Positions 49,542-61,400 of a DNA stretch of 64,000 nucleotides are shown in pieces. Positions within the stretch are counted from its first letter, which is position 1; the number at the start of each line of letters is the position of its first letter. The stretch is from Chrysomallon squamiferum. Taxonomy: Eukaryota; Animalia; Mollusca. Location of the stretch: contig CM022679.1 of assembly GCA_012295275.1 (NCBI GenBank), positions 20,646,001 to 20,710,000 of the forward strand. The letters run 5' to 3'. The notes beneath the pieces were generated by a model. It had not been told where the DNA came from and did not search any database. It saw only the letters and a list, made by a program, of their open reading frames with translations. Both the position numbers and the translations under genes were made by a program.

Positions 49542-52500
49542 CAACAACAACAACAACAACACCAACAATAACAATAAAATATTCTACAATACAAGGTACA
49601 AATATGAAATAGCTAGGTTGACTTTGGTAACTTTTTTTCCATCTGGCCAGATAACTGATATTGTCATTTTTATTCATGAAATATGAATAAATACCTTCTG
49701 ATGATTTCACATCCAGCAAAACCAGCAACTTCTGTCATGAAGTTAGCCTCGTTCCAATCACCAGCACCACTTTTAACTGTTTTCAAATACTCAGCAACTG
49801 TGACAAAACATGAAAATGATAAAATACAGTTTTAAACTGACTAATTCATTACTTTCAACAGGTAAGTGAAAAACAACCACTGTTATTATTTGTATTTATT
49901 CACAACTTTTACAAAGATGTGAAAAAAAGAAAGAGAAAGATTTAACAACAACACTGTAATCTGTATTTATTCACTAAAGAGGAGAAAAAATAGGATTACC
50001 AGTAATCTGTTAATCTTTTCCAATGCAGGTACAAAACAGTTATATGTATTTTTCAGTATTTCCCACTGATATATAAAAAATAATAACTGTATTTTATCAA
50101 TATTTCCCATTGTTTTTATAAAAACTGTCAATATATATCAAAATTTCTCACTGACATATTAAACATAATACCTGTATTTCTCATCATTCAATCTTTTCAC
50201 ATGTAGATATGAAAAAATTACCCGTATTTGTTGGTATTTCACACAGATATGAAAAAATTATCACCTCTACATCTCATCACTGACAGGTGTGAAAGCAAAT
50301 ATTACCTGTCTGATGGCAGGTGTCAACTAAAACATAGGAAACTTTTCGATGTTCATCGTTGTTTTCTTGCGTCATCATGTGCTGGTAGTAACTGAAGATG
50401 TAGTTGGCAATGAGGCAGCCGATGTCAAATGCACATGGACCAACAAAAGTAAATTCCAGATCTATCATCTGTAAATTAATTTTTATATATAAATTTAAAA
50501 TTATAATGAGGTGATTCATAAATTACTTCTTATTCTTTGCCTACAGTTATAAAATTATAAGAAAATGTGGTTATTGACAAATATTTTTAAAAAAATATAT
50601 GAATTTTATATATATATAGAATTATAATGAAAATTTTGTTTACATGAAATTATAAAATTATAAGAAATATGTGATAACTCATAAATCATTATTTAAAAAA
50701 GAATTGTTTTTATTTTTTGAAATAATGTGTGATGACTGATAAATTGGAAAAAAAATGTTAAAAAATGTTTAACAAGTTGCCGTAAAATAAACAAAAATAT
50801 TTGTTCTCTATTTTTCTAAAATACTTCAAATCATTATATAATCTAAAAAGTGTGTAGACTCAAACATACACTTGTAAACTGACTGAATCATTTTGCCGTT
50901 TATTAATTTAAAATTATTAGTTACAAATTTACTTGAAAAATATACATAAAATAAACACACACACTGACACACATACAATTCCTAAAAAGTAAATATTGGA
51001 GATTTTCTAAATTTACCCTTGAATCACATTCTTTCACCATCAGAGACCCAGTATGTAGATTTCCATGTATTAAACTCTCTTTCCTGTTCAGAAATAAATG
51101 TTTCAATCTTTCAGCAGCATCTAAAATCTCTTTGTCTTCATAAATCCAGCCCAGCTTTCCTCTGATCACCTCGGAGTATTTGTTAGTTGGTTCATCCTTA
51201 ATGAACGGTTTAGTAAACACATACTGACAGGTGATAGACTTCAGACTTCCATTTCTAAATTCAACAACAACAAAGTCATTTTTTTAATGGCATGTGAATA
51301 TGTCAATAAACTGTCTAAATATTATCTGCACATTTCCAAGATATTATTTAGCTTTTTTAACAGACTAATACTGAATGTTGTTTTTTTATCTGTACAACAA
51401 CTAATATAGCTGAAGAAAAAACAAATAAAATATCATTTGAAAATGTAGAAAATACATTTAAGCATTTTATTTGAACTACAAGTAAACAAAATTCAATCAG
51501 ATTCTACTGTTATGAATTTGATTTCTAATAAATGTACAGTAGACATCTACAAGTATTACTGTACAATTTGATTTCTAATAAATGTACAGTAGACATCTAC
51601 AAGTATTACTGTACAATTTGACTTCTAATAACTACAGTAGAATTTGACTTCTAATAACTGTACAGTAAAATCACATACTGAAATTTCTTATCAAGCTCAT
51701 CAAGGGCTGATTCTCCAATCTTGCTAATGTGAGTTTCTCGATGTATGACTGCTATGTCTCGAGCTATCTTTTTCACTGTGTCGTTATCAAGTAAGCCTGA
51801 TATAAGCTCCTTTCTATACACATTAAATCCCTTTAAATACTCCATACATACTGGAATTTAAAAATATACATAACAAAAAATAAATTTTAAAAATTATTTT
51901 AATAACATTATTGGTTAATTTAAAAGAAAAAAGAATAGCAATAATAAAATGATATAAATTTTGTTATCTGTAAGAGATTTTAGGAAGTTAATACAACATA
52001 CACAGAAAAAATGTAGTCTAATATGATTATAGATAAAGGTACAATTTTGAAAGCATAAATGCATACTTTTAATTCCTATTAAACATTTAGATTTCAGAGA
52101 ATAACATTTCTCAGTCAGTTTTCAACTTACTTAACTTACTGCTTATAGTACACAACTGAAATGATTTACTAACCAAGGTATCTTTCGCAGTCATGAAAAT
52201 ATGGTCTAGCAACACTCTCAGGAGCCAAGGAATGAAACGTACGTGCTGCCTCGAACTCTATGTGGCTTCTGCTGGCATTCAGTGGGTAGTTTTTGCCAAG
52301 GTACTGAAATAAAAACAAATTATAAATAAAGTGAATCGGAACTGCTATATAAAAAGACAGAATACAAAATAACCACTGAGAATTTCACATCACCGCTAGG
52401 AAATGATACAAAGGGATGAAATTTCAAGGAAGACAATGGAGTAAACCATCTGGCAGAAGACAGAAAGATGTGGAAATAACATGATATGGCTTTTACCCAA

Positions 52501-54063
52501 CAATGGATACAAAAACTGCACAATGATGATATGAACAGTAAAATCTCTACAGATACTCCATGTAAAATGAAATTTAATAATACCATGTGGAAAAAAAAAA
52601 AGAATTCTTCATGAGTGATGCTAGCATTATCTATTTCAAAGTAAAATTTGAAAGTACATCATGAAAAAAAAAAACCAGAAGAAAATAAATGCAGGTTTTA
52701 ACCTTAATAAAGGGTGGAGACTGTTTGATAAAAAGCTTTTTCTCTGGACTGGAGGCTGAATATACCCTCCATACATAGTTATGACTTCCACCTTCCATTT
52801 CCTCAAGAACAACATCATTAGGATCTTTTGCAAACTACAGAGAAAGAAAAAAAAAAAACACAAATGCATATAATGATATATTAAAAATATAAATTAAATT
52901 ATTAGTAGATGTAAAAATTAAATTTCAGGTTCATTCAAATTAGTGAAAATAATACATTCTCCAAATAATCTGGTAGTCACATATCCTAACAAATTTTTAA
53001 TTTATTTTTCTTATTAATGTTTATATTTGCTGTATTACTTAAACAGTGTATCATTTTAATCTAGTAGAATATCATTACTATTTTCATCATATAGATGATG
53101 GTTACCTGAAATATGTTTACATAAAAAAAGTTCATTATTATATGTCAGTATATTCCATAATACATCTTTAACTGACCACTTTCTATGTATTTTACAGATG
53201 TGTATATACATTCTTGATAATTAAATGCAACACAGTTGACAATCTTTTAATAAAACTACTATAAAACCTTTTATTAGAATGCTGTCCATAAAAGAAAACT
53301 TGTATAAAGGTAGCTTGAAGAAAATAAAGTCCAACATTTCTGGGCTCAAAATTATTTTCTCTGGTAGTATGAACAAGTGTCTTAAAGAAAATATATATAT
53401 ATTGTATTATTTTGTTCTTTATTTATAAAACTGATATTCATTAACAAAATAATAAATAAATAAATAAATAATTGTAATAATTTGATATTTGGAATTCCTG
53501 CATCAATATAATCACTGAATCAGCATAAAGAAATGACTACAAAACGTTTACTCCGCGTTTTATTAGATTCTAATCAATATTTCAACCTATACCGTATAAC
53601 GGTACATGACATTATTTAATTAATATACGATTAACGTCTGCTTTATTATTTATTACTACTGGCCGCTTTTTAATTCTGTGCAATATTCTGGAGAACATGA
53701 GTTTGTATACAAGAATATAATAATAAAGGTACAAAAAACAAATCTGTCTACGACTGTCGATTTATTTATTGCGATTGTTTTATTATCATTATTTACGTAT
53801 ATTTTTTATTCTGTTATTAATGTTTATTGTAAGATCTATTTACACTATTTGAATAGCAAATTGTTCTAACCTAAGCGATAAAATATCTCTTTATAAATAT
53901 AACAGATAATCAACGATTTTCAGTCAGTAAAGTTGTTTCCCCCGAGAAATTCGATGTGTTCCGCCCCTTAATTTGTTACCTTTAGTTCCTCAATGTCCGA
54001 GCCTTCTTTTAGAGATTCTAATATTAATGATTTAATATTGTCAATCCCGTCTTGTGTCGCCAT
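49172..54063 (-). CDS. Methylthioribose kinase (MtnK/MTK1)-like protein, APH/choline-kinase-like fold, 391 aa; catalytic Asp replaced by Asn
   Basis: Exons 54063-53980, 52834-52703, 52303-52174, 51850-51679, 51254-51017, 50468-50306, 49797-49695, 49325-49172 (1176 nt, uninterrupted). Motifs [72 protein letters not shown] match MtnK (IIKQAVPY, WPLTxDR, [47 protein letters not shown]). Confidence 0.9.
49477..49573. repeat. (AAT)n-(AAC)n compound microsatellite in MTR-kinase intron 7
   Basis: Direct reading. Confidence 0.95.
51515..51667. repeat. 50-bp tandem duplication plus partial copies in MTR-kinase intron 4
   Basis: AATTTGATTTCTAATAAATGTACAGTAGACATCTACAAGTATTACTGTAC occurs twice exactly, then two shortened copies. 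Confidence 0.85.
52340..52530 (+). mobile_element. Decayed 3' end of an RTE/RTE-X-like LINE in MTR-kinase intron 2
   Basis: Frame reads LAEDRKMWK*HDMAFTQQW (52450-52506), resembling the A-x-D-R-x-x-W...AFxxQW C-terminus of RTE-X ORF2, followed by a short ATGATGAT tail. Confidence 0.45.
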
Positions 54064-54996
54064 TTTGAGAACATTAATAAACTGTGATAATTTTGCAATG
54101 TCATAAATTATGGCGAAATAAAATTATAACTGTAATATAAACTTATCTAAAGCAGGCGGGATAGTTAAAACGGTGTTATACGACTTTGTGTCCTATGTTA
54201 CTTTTTATTTCACAAACACGCAGCCTTTTGTTATTTCGTTATTATTATGTAGTAAAATGGGAGACTTTGCAAAGTTAGTAAGCCTATAAATAAAAATATA
54301 TCCCAAACAGATAATGCCTATTTTGATTTCGCATTAGATTCTGCCAGAAGATTTCAAACGAGCATAATGGGATGGTGACCTCATAAAATTGAACACCAAA
54401 TTAAACTGAGTCTTTTCTCGAATACAGAGAACATCTACTGAAGTAATTTGCGTTTCTGTTGGAAAGGAAAGGGGCTAAAGATGATCAGAAATGGGGAGGA
54501 AAATGATAATAGCAATAATAATAAAATAAAATAAAAAACAAAATTAAATAAATTAATAATATATATATGTTTTTACTATCATATTTTACTTATGATCCAT
54601 TATTACATATGTATTGTTTGAATTAACTTATTTTCAGGCAACTTTAAAAAGACTTTTAACAGACAAGCTATTACGATTAATACGTCTTTCGATTTAAATT
54701 CATTTCACTTATTACTTTTATTTATTTATGTATTTTTAAATGAATAATAATAATACAAATTAAGAACAACAATAGAAGAAACAAAATCAATGAATAACAA
54801 TAACGAAACCATATATATATGTGTGCATATATGTATTTCGAAAGAGGCATAACTGGAACAGTTCAAGGGTTCCATCCCATTTGTCAGAACCTCATTAGAC
54901 ACCAATTTGTTTGACACTTTGTGAGACAGTGTAATTAATTTGATTGGCTGGCCTCTATTGCTAAAATGCGATAACCCAGTCTGGCAAATTGTCACT

Positions 54997-55287
54997 ATGG
55001 TTGGACTGCAGCAAATTGAGTATGTCACTTGTCAGAGAGGAACGCGCCAGTTACTGTTTCGGGGATATCTCTTCAATAAAAATAAGGTTCGCCCGAATGG
55101 TATCTATTGAAGATGTACCGATAAGATATGTACCGGAAGATGTAAGACGGTATGGGAGTATATTAGATACTTCACTGACCACACCCACCCTCCTGCCGAC
55201 GCCACTGGCATCAGGTTCGTCAGTACACTACGGAAACGAGCCCGTAAGGAACCTGCCACATCACTGCCTGCCACCTGCATCGATTAA
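54997..55287 (+). pseudogene. FLYWCH zinc-finger fragment of a Mutator/Phantom-like DNA transposon, Trp codon mutated to TGA
   Basis: MVGLQQIEYVTCQRGTRQLLFRGYLFNKNKVRPNGIY*RCTDKICTGRCKT...DHTHPP...FVSTLRKRARKE; F/Y-L-Y-W-C-C-H-H spacing intact except TGA at 55108-55110; missed by the ORF track; CpG-rich island (~54867-55400) relative to flanks. Confidence 0.78.
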
Positions 55288-55459
55288 ATCTTGAGACAAG
55301 ACCCCGCCTTGTATAGACATCGGAGCCGAAGTTAACCTGGCAGGCGAGTCAACCTGGACGAGTGGCGAAACTGGTTGAAAACCTCTTGATGGGAAAAATC
55401 GAGGGTGTTAGAGAAATGAGAACAATACACAAAATCACAGTGATGTAGATCGATAGCAA

Positions 55460-58400
55460 GAACATTAAGAAAATAAACAAGAAAATTCAACTGCAAAAAC
55501 TTAAATAAACAATCAGTGAGAGCAGAGTGTATGAACAGATTAAAAATATATGACAAATAAATATTAAATAAACCATATAAAAAAAAAAAAAGAAGGAAGA
55601 AAAGACTGAAAGGAAATAAAAGATGGAAATGATAGAAACAAAAGAAAGAAATATAGAAAAAAAAAAGGAAGGATAGAAAGAAAACAAAGAAGGAAAGACA
55701 GAAAAGAAGGAAAATATTCAAACAGCTTAAAGAAAGAACAAAAAGAAAACATGAATAATAAAAAAAATAACTAAAGAAACAGAACGAAGCGGGGTACTAT
55801 TTAAACGCAGCATTCTTTTCAGCCTATATTCAAAATAAAATATAAAATCATTTATGGACTGCATTGATTAGCAGTATAAGAATTTCCATGCTGAAATTCT
55901 TCATTTGATTACTGAGAAAGAAACCACAGAATACTAATTGACTGAAGAAAAAAAAAAATAAAAAAAATAAAAGCTTATGCGAGATGTGTTCACTGGTATA
56001 TAGAGTGGCCTCCCTACTCCCCTATGTGAGAGGTGTACACTTTGATTCGACCCCTTTTGTGAGATGAGTTCACTGGTATAGTTAGAGTCGCCTCCCTTAT
56101 GTGAAATGTGTTCACTGGCATACTTAGAGTGGCTTCCTTAATGTGAGATGTGTTCACTGGTATATAGAGTGACCTCCCTACTTTCCCTATGTGAGAGGTG
56201 TACACTTTGATTCGACCCCTTTTGTGAGATGAGTTCACTGGTATACTTAGAGTCGCCTCCCTATATGTGAAAGGTGTTCACTGGCATGATTAGAGTCCCC
56301 CTTAATGTGAGATGTGTTTTGTGGCCTCCCTACTTTCCCTATGTGAGAGGTGTACACTTTGATTCGACCCCTTTTGTGAGATGAGTTCACTGGTATAGTT
56401 AGAGTCGCCTCCCTTATGTGAAATGTGTTCACTGGCATACTTAGAGTGGCTTCCCTTATGTGAGATGTGTTCACTGGTATTAAGAAAATAAGACAGAAAA
56501 CTCGAATACAAAAGCTTATCTAAATAATCAGTGAGAACAGAGTGTTTAAACTGATTAAAGCGTTTCATAAATACATAATAAAGAAATGGTAACACGTAAA
56601 AAAAAGAAGGAAGGATGGAATGAAAGATAGGAAATAAAAGATGGAAAAGATAGAAAGAAAAGAAAGAAAGAAAGATAGAAAAGAAAGAAGGAAGGATAGA
56701 AAGAAAAGAAGGAAGGAAGGAAAGAAAGAAAGAAAATATTGAAGCAGCTTAAAGAATGAACAAAAATGAAAAATTGAATATAAAAAGAAAAAGCTAACGT
56801 AACAGAAGGAAGTGTGGTACTATTTAAACGCAGCATTCTTTCAACTTTTATTCATAATAAAATATAAAATGGTAAGTGGACTGCCTTGATAAGCAGAATA
56901 AGAATTTCCATATTGAATTTGTTCATTTTATTACTGGGAAAGAAAACAGAGAATACTGACTGACTGAAGAAAAAAATAAAAATAAAAGTGTATGCGAAAT
57001 ATGTTAACTGATATATTTAGAGTCGCCTCCCTTATGTGAGAAGTGTTCACTATTATATTTAGAGTTGCCTCCCTTATGTGAGATGTGTTCACTGGTATTT
57101 AGAGTCGCCTCCCCTATGTGAGATGTGTTCACTGGCATACTTAGAGTTGTCTCCCTTATGTGAGATGTGTTCACTGGTATTTAGAGTCTCCTCCCCTATG
57201 TGAAATGTGTTCACTGGCATAATTAGAGTTGCCTCCCTTATGTGAGATGTGTTCACTGGTATTAAGAAAATAAGACAGAAATATCGAATACAAAAGATTA
57301 ACTAAATAATCAGTGACAGCAGAGTGTTTAAACTGATTAAAGTGTTTCATAAATAAATAATAAAGAAATGGTAACACGTAGAAAAAAGAAGGAAGGATGG
57401 AATGAAAGATAGGAAATAAAAGATGGAAAAGATAGAAAGAAAAGAAAGAAAGAAAGATAGAAAAGAAAGAAGGAAGGATAGAAAGAAAAGAAGGAAGGAA
57501 GGAAAGAAAGAAAGAAAGAAAATATTGAAGCAGCTTAAAGAATGAACAAAAATGAAAAATTGAATATAAAAAGGAAAAGCTAACGTAACAGAAGGAAGCG
57601 TGGTACTATTTAAACGCCACATTCTTTCAACTTTTATTCATAATAAAATATAAAATGGTATGAGGACTGCATTGATAAGCAGGGTAAGAATTTCCATATT
57701 GAATTTCTTGTTTTTGTTACTGGGAAAGAAAACAGAGAATACTGACTGACTGAAGAAAAAAAATAAAAATAAAAGTTGTTAACTGATATATTTAGAGTCG
57801 CCTCCCTTATGTGAGAAGTGTTCACTTCTATGTTTAGAGTTGCCTCCCTTATGTGAGATGTGTTCACTGGCATATTTAGAGTTGCCTCCCTTATGTGAGA
57901 TGTGTTCACTGGCATACTTAGAGTTGCCTCCCTTATGTGAGATGTGTTCACTGGTATTTAGAGTCGCCTCCCCTATGTGAGATGTGTTCACTGGGATACT
58001 TAGAGTTGCCTCCCTTATGTGAGATGTGTTCACTGGTATTTAGAGTCGCCTCCCCTATGTGAGATGTGTTCACTGGCATACTTAGAGTTGCCTCCCTTAT
58101 GTGAGATGTGTTCACTGGTATTAAGAAAATAAGACAGAAAACTCGAATACAAAAGCTTAACTAAATAATCAGTGAGAGCAGAGTGTTTAAACTGATTAAA
58201 GTGTTTCATAAATAAATAATAAAGAAATGGTAACAGGTAGAAAAAAGAAGGAAGGATGGAATGAAAGATAGGAAATAAAAGATGGAAAAGATAGAAAGAA
58301 AAGAAAGAAAGAAAGATAGAAAAGAAAGAAGGAAAGATAGAAAGAAAAGAAAGAAAGAAGGAAAGAAAGAAAGAAAGAAAGAAAATATTGAAGCAGCTTA

Positions 58401-61400
58401 AAGAATGAACAAAAATGAAAAATTGAATATAAAAAGAAAAAGCTAACGTAACAGAAGGAAGCGTGGTACTATTTAAACCCAGCATTCTTTCAACTTTTAT
58501 TCATAATAAAATATAAAATAAAATGAGGACTGCATTGATAAGCATGGTAAGAATTTTCATATTGAATTTCTTGTTTTTGTTACTGGGAAAGAAAACAGAG
58601 AATACTGACTGACTGAAGAAAAAAAATAAAAATAAATGTTTATGCGAAATATGTTAACTGATATATATAGAGTCGCCTCCCTTATGTGAGAAGTGATCAC
58701 TTCTATATTTAGAGTTGCCTCCCTTATGTGAGATGTGTTCACTGGCATACTTAGAGTTGCCTCCCTTATGTGAGATGTGTTCACTGGTATTTAGAGTCGC
58801 CTCCCCTATGTGAGATGTGTTCACTGGCATACTTAGAGTTGCCTCCCTTATGTGAGATGTGTTCACTGGTATTTAGAGTTCCCTATGTGAGATGTGTTCA
58901 CTGGTATTTAGAGTCGCCTCCCCTATAAGAAATGTGTTCACTGGCATACTTAGAGTTGCCTCCCTTATGTGAGATGTGTTCACTGGTATTAAGAAAATAA
59001 GACAGAAAACTCGAATACAAAAGCTTAACTAAATAATCAGTGAGAGCAGAGTGTTTAAACTGATTAAAGTGTTTCATAAATAAATAATAAAGAAATGGTA
59101 ACAGGTAGAAAAAAGAAGGAAGGATGGAATGAAAGATAGGAAATAAAAGATGGAAAAGATAGAAAGAAAAGAAAGAAAGAAAGATAGAAAAGAAAGAAGG
59201 AAGGATAGAAAGAAAAGAAGGAAGGAAGGAAAGAAAGAAAGAAAATATTGAAGCAGCTTAAAGAATGAACAAAAATGAAAAATTGAATATAAAAAGAAAA
59301 TGCTAACGTAACAGAAGGAAGCGTGGTACTATTTAAACGCAGCATTCTTTCAACTTTTATTCATAATAAAATATAAAATGGTATGTGGACTGCATTGATA
59401 AGCAGGGTAAGAATTTCCATATTGAATTTCTTGTTTTTGTTACTGGGAAAGAAAACAGAGAATACTGACTGACTGAAGAAAAAAAAAAAAAATAAATGTT
59501 TATGCGAAATATGTTAACTGATATATTTAGAGTCGCCTCCCTTATGTGAGAAGTGATCACTTCTATATTTAGAGTTGCCTCCCTTATGTGAGATGTGTTC
59601 ACTGGCATTTAGAGTTGCCTCCCTTATGTGAGATGTGTTCACTGGCATACTTAGAGTTGCCTCCCTTATGTGAGATGTGTTCACTGGTATTTAGAGTCGC
59701 CTCCCCTATGTGAGATGTGTTCACTGGCATACTTAGAGTTGCCTCCCTTATGTGAGATGTGTTCACTGGTATTTAGAGTCGCCTCCCCTATGTGAGATGT
59801 GTTCACTGGCATACTTAGAGTTGCCTCCCTTATGTGAGATGTGTTCACTGGTATTTAGAGTCGCCTCCCCTATGTGAGATGTGTTCACTGGCATACTTAG
59901 AGTTGCCTCCCTTATGTGAGATGTGTTCACTGGTATTAAGAAAATAAGACAGAAAACTCGAATACAAAAGCTTAACTAAATAATCAGTGAGAGCAGAGTG
60001 TTTAAACTGATTAAAGTGTTTCATAAATAAATAATAAAGAAATGGTAACACGTAGAAAAAAGAAGGAAGGATGGAATGAAAGATAGGAAATAAAAGATGG
60101 AAAAGATAGAAAGAAAAGAAAGAAAGAAAGATAGAAAAGAAAGAAGGAAGGATAGAAAGAAAAGAAGGAAGGAAGGAAAGAAAGAAAGAAAATATTGAAG
60201 CAGCTTAAAGAATGAACAAAAATGAAAAATTGAATATAAAAAGAAAAAGCTAACGTAACAGAAGGAAGCGTGGTACTATTTAAACGCAGCATTCTTTCAA
60301 CTTTTATTCATAATAAAATATAAAATGGTATGAGGACTGCATTGATAAGCAGGATAAGAATTTCCATATTGAATTTCTTGTTTTTGTTACTGGGAAAGAA
60401 AACAGAGAATACTGACTGACTGAAGAAAAAAAAAAAAAAAAATAAAAATGTTAACTGATATATTTAGAGTCGCCTCCCTTATGTGAAAGTGTTCACTTGA
60501 TATATTTAGAGTCGCCTCCCTTATGTGAGATGTGTTCACTGATATATTTAGAGTCGCCTCCCTTATGTGAGATGTGTTCACTGGTATATTTAGAGTTGCC
60601 TCCCTTATGTGAGATGTGTTCACTGGTATTTAGAGTCGCCTCCCCTATGTGAGATGTGTTCACTGGCATACTTAGAGTTGCCTCCCTTATGTGAGATGTG
60701 TTCACTGGTATTTAGAGTCGCCTCCCCTATGTGAGATGTGTTCACTGGCATACTTAGAGTTGCCTCCCTTATGTGAGATGTGTTCACTGGTATTAAGAAA
60801 ATAAGACAGAAAACTCGAATACAAAAGCTTAACTAAATAATCAGTGAGAGCAGAGTGTTTAAACTGATTAAAGTGTTTCATAAATAAATAATAAAGAAAT
60901 GGTAACACGTAGAAAAAAGAAGGAAGGATGGAATGAAAGATAGGAAATAAAAGATGGAAAAGATAGAAAGAAAAGAAAGAAAGAAAGATAGAAAAGAAAG
61001 AAGGAAGGATAGAAAGAAAAGAAGGAAGGAAGGAAAGAAAGAAAGAAAATATTGAAGCAGCTTAAAGAATGAACAAAAATGAAAAATTGAATATAAAAAG
61101 AAAAAGCTAACGTAACAGAAGGAAGTGTGGTACTATTTAAACGCAGCATTCTTTCAACTTTTATTCATAATAAAATATAAAATGGTATGTGGACTGCATT
61201 GATAAGCAGAATAAGAATTTCCATATTGAATTTCTTCATTTTGTTACTGGGAAAGAAAACAGAGAATACTGACTGACTGAAGAAAAAAAAAAAAAAAAAT
61301 GTTTATGCGAAATATGTTAACTGATATATTTAGAGTCGCCTCCCTTATGTGAGAAGTGTTCACTTCTATATTTAGAGTTGCCTCCCTTATGTGAGATGTG

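Noticed and set aside
49172-54063. Bacterial contamination or recent HGT as source of the mtnK-like gene
   Set aside because: Seven spliceosomal introns with host-type microsatellites and host-like base composition.
55108-55110. Selenocysteine or read-through at the in-frame TGA
   Set aside because: Position corresponds to the conserved Trp (TGG), not Cys; no SECIS-like hairpin recognised; the transposase core is missing anyway.
54989-55294. 101-aa ORF MSLWLDCSK... in the ORF track
   Set aside because: Wrong frame; the meaningful frame is the stop-interrupted FLYWCH starting at 54997.
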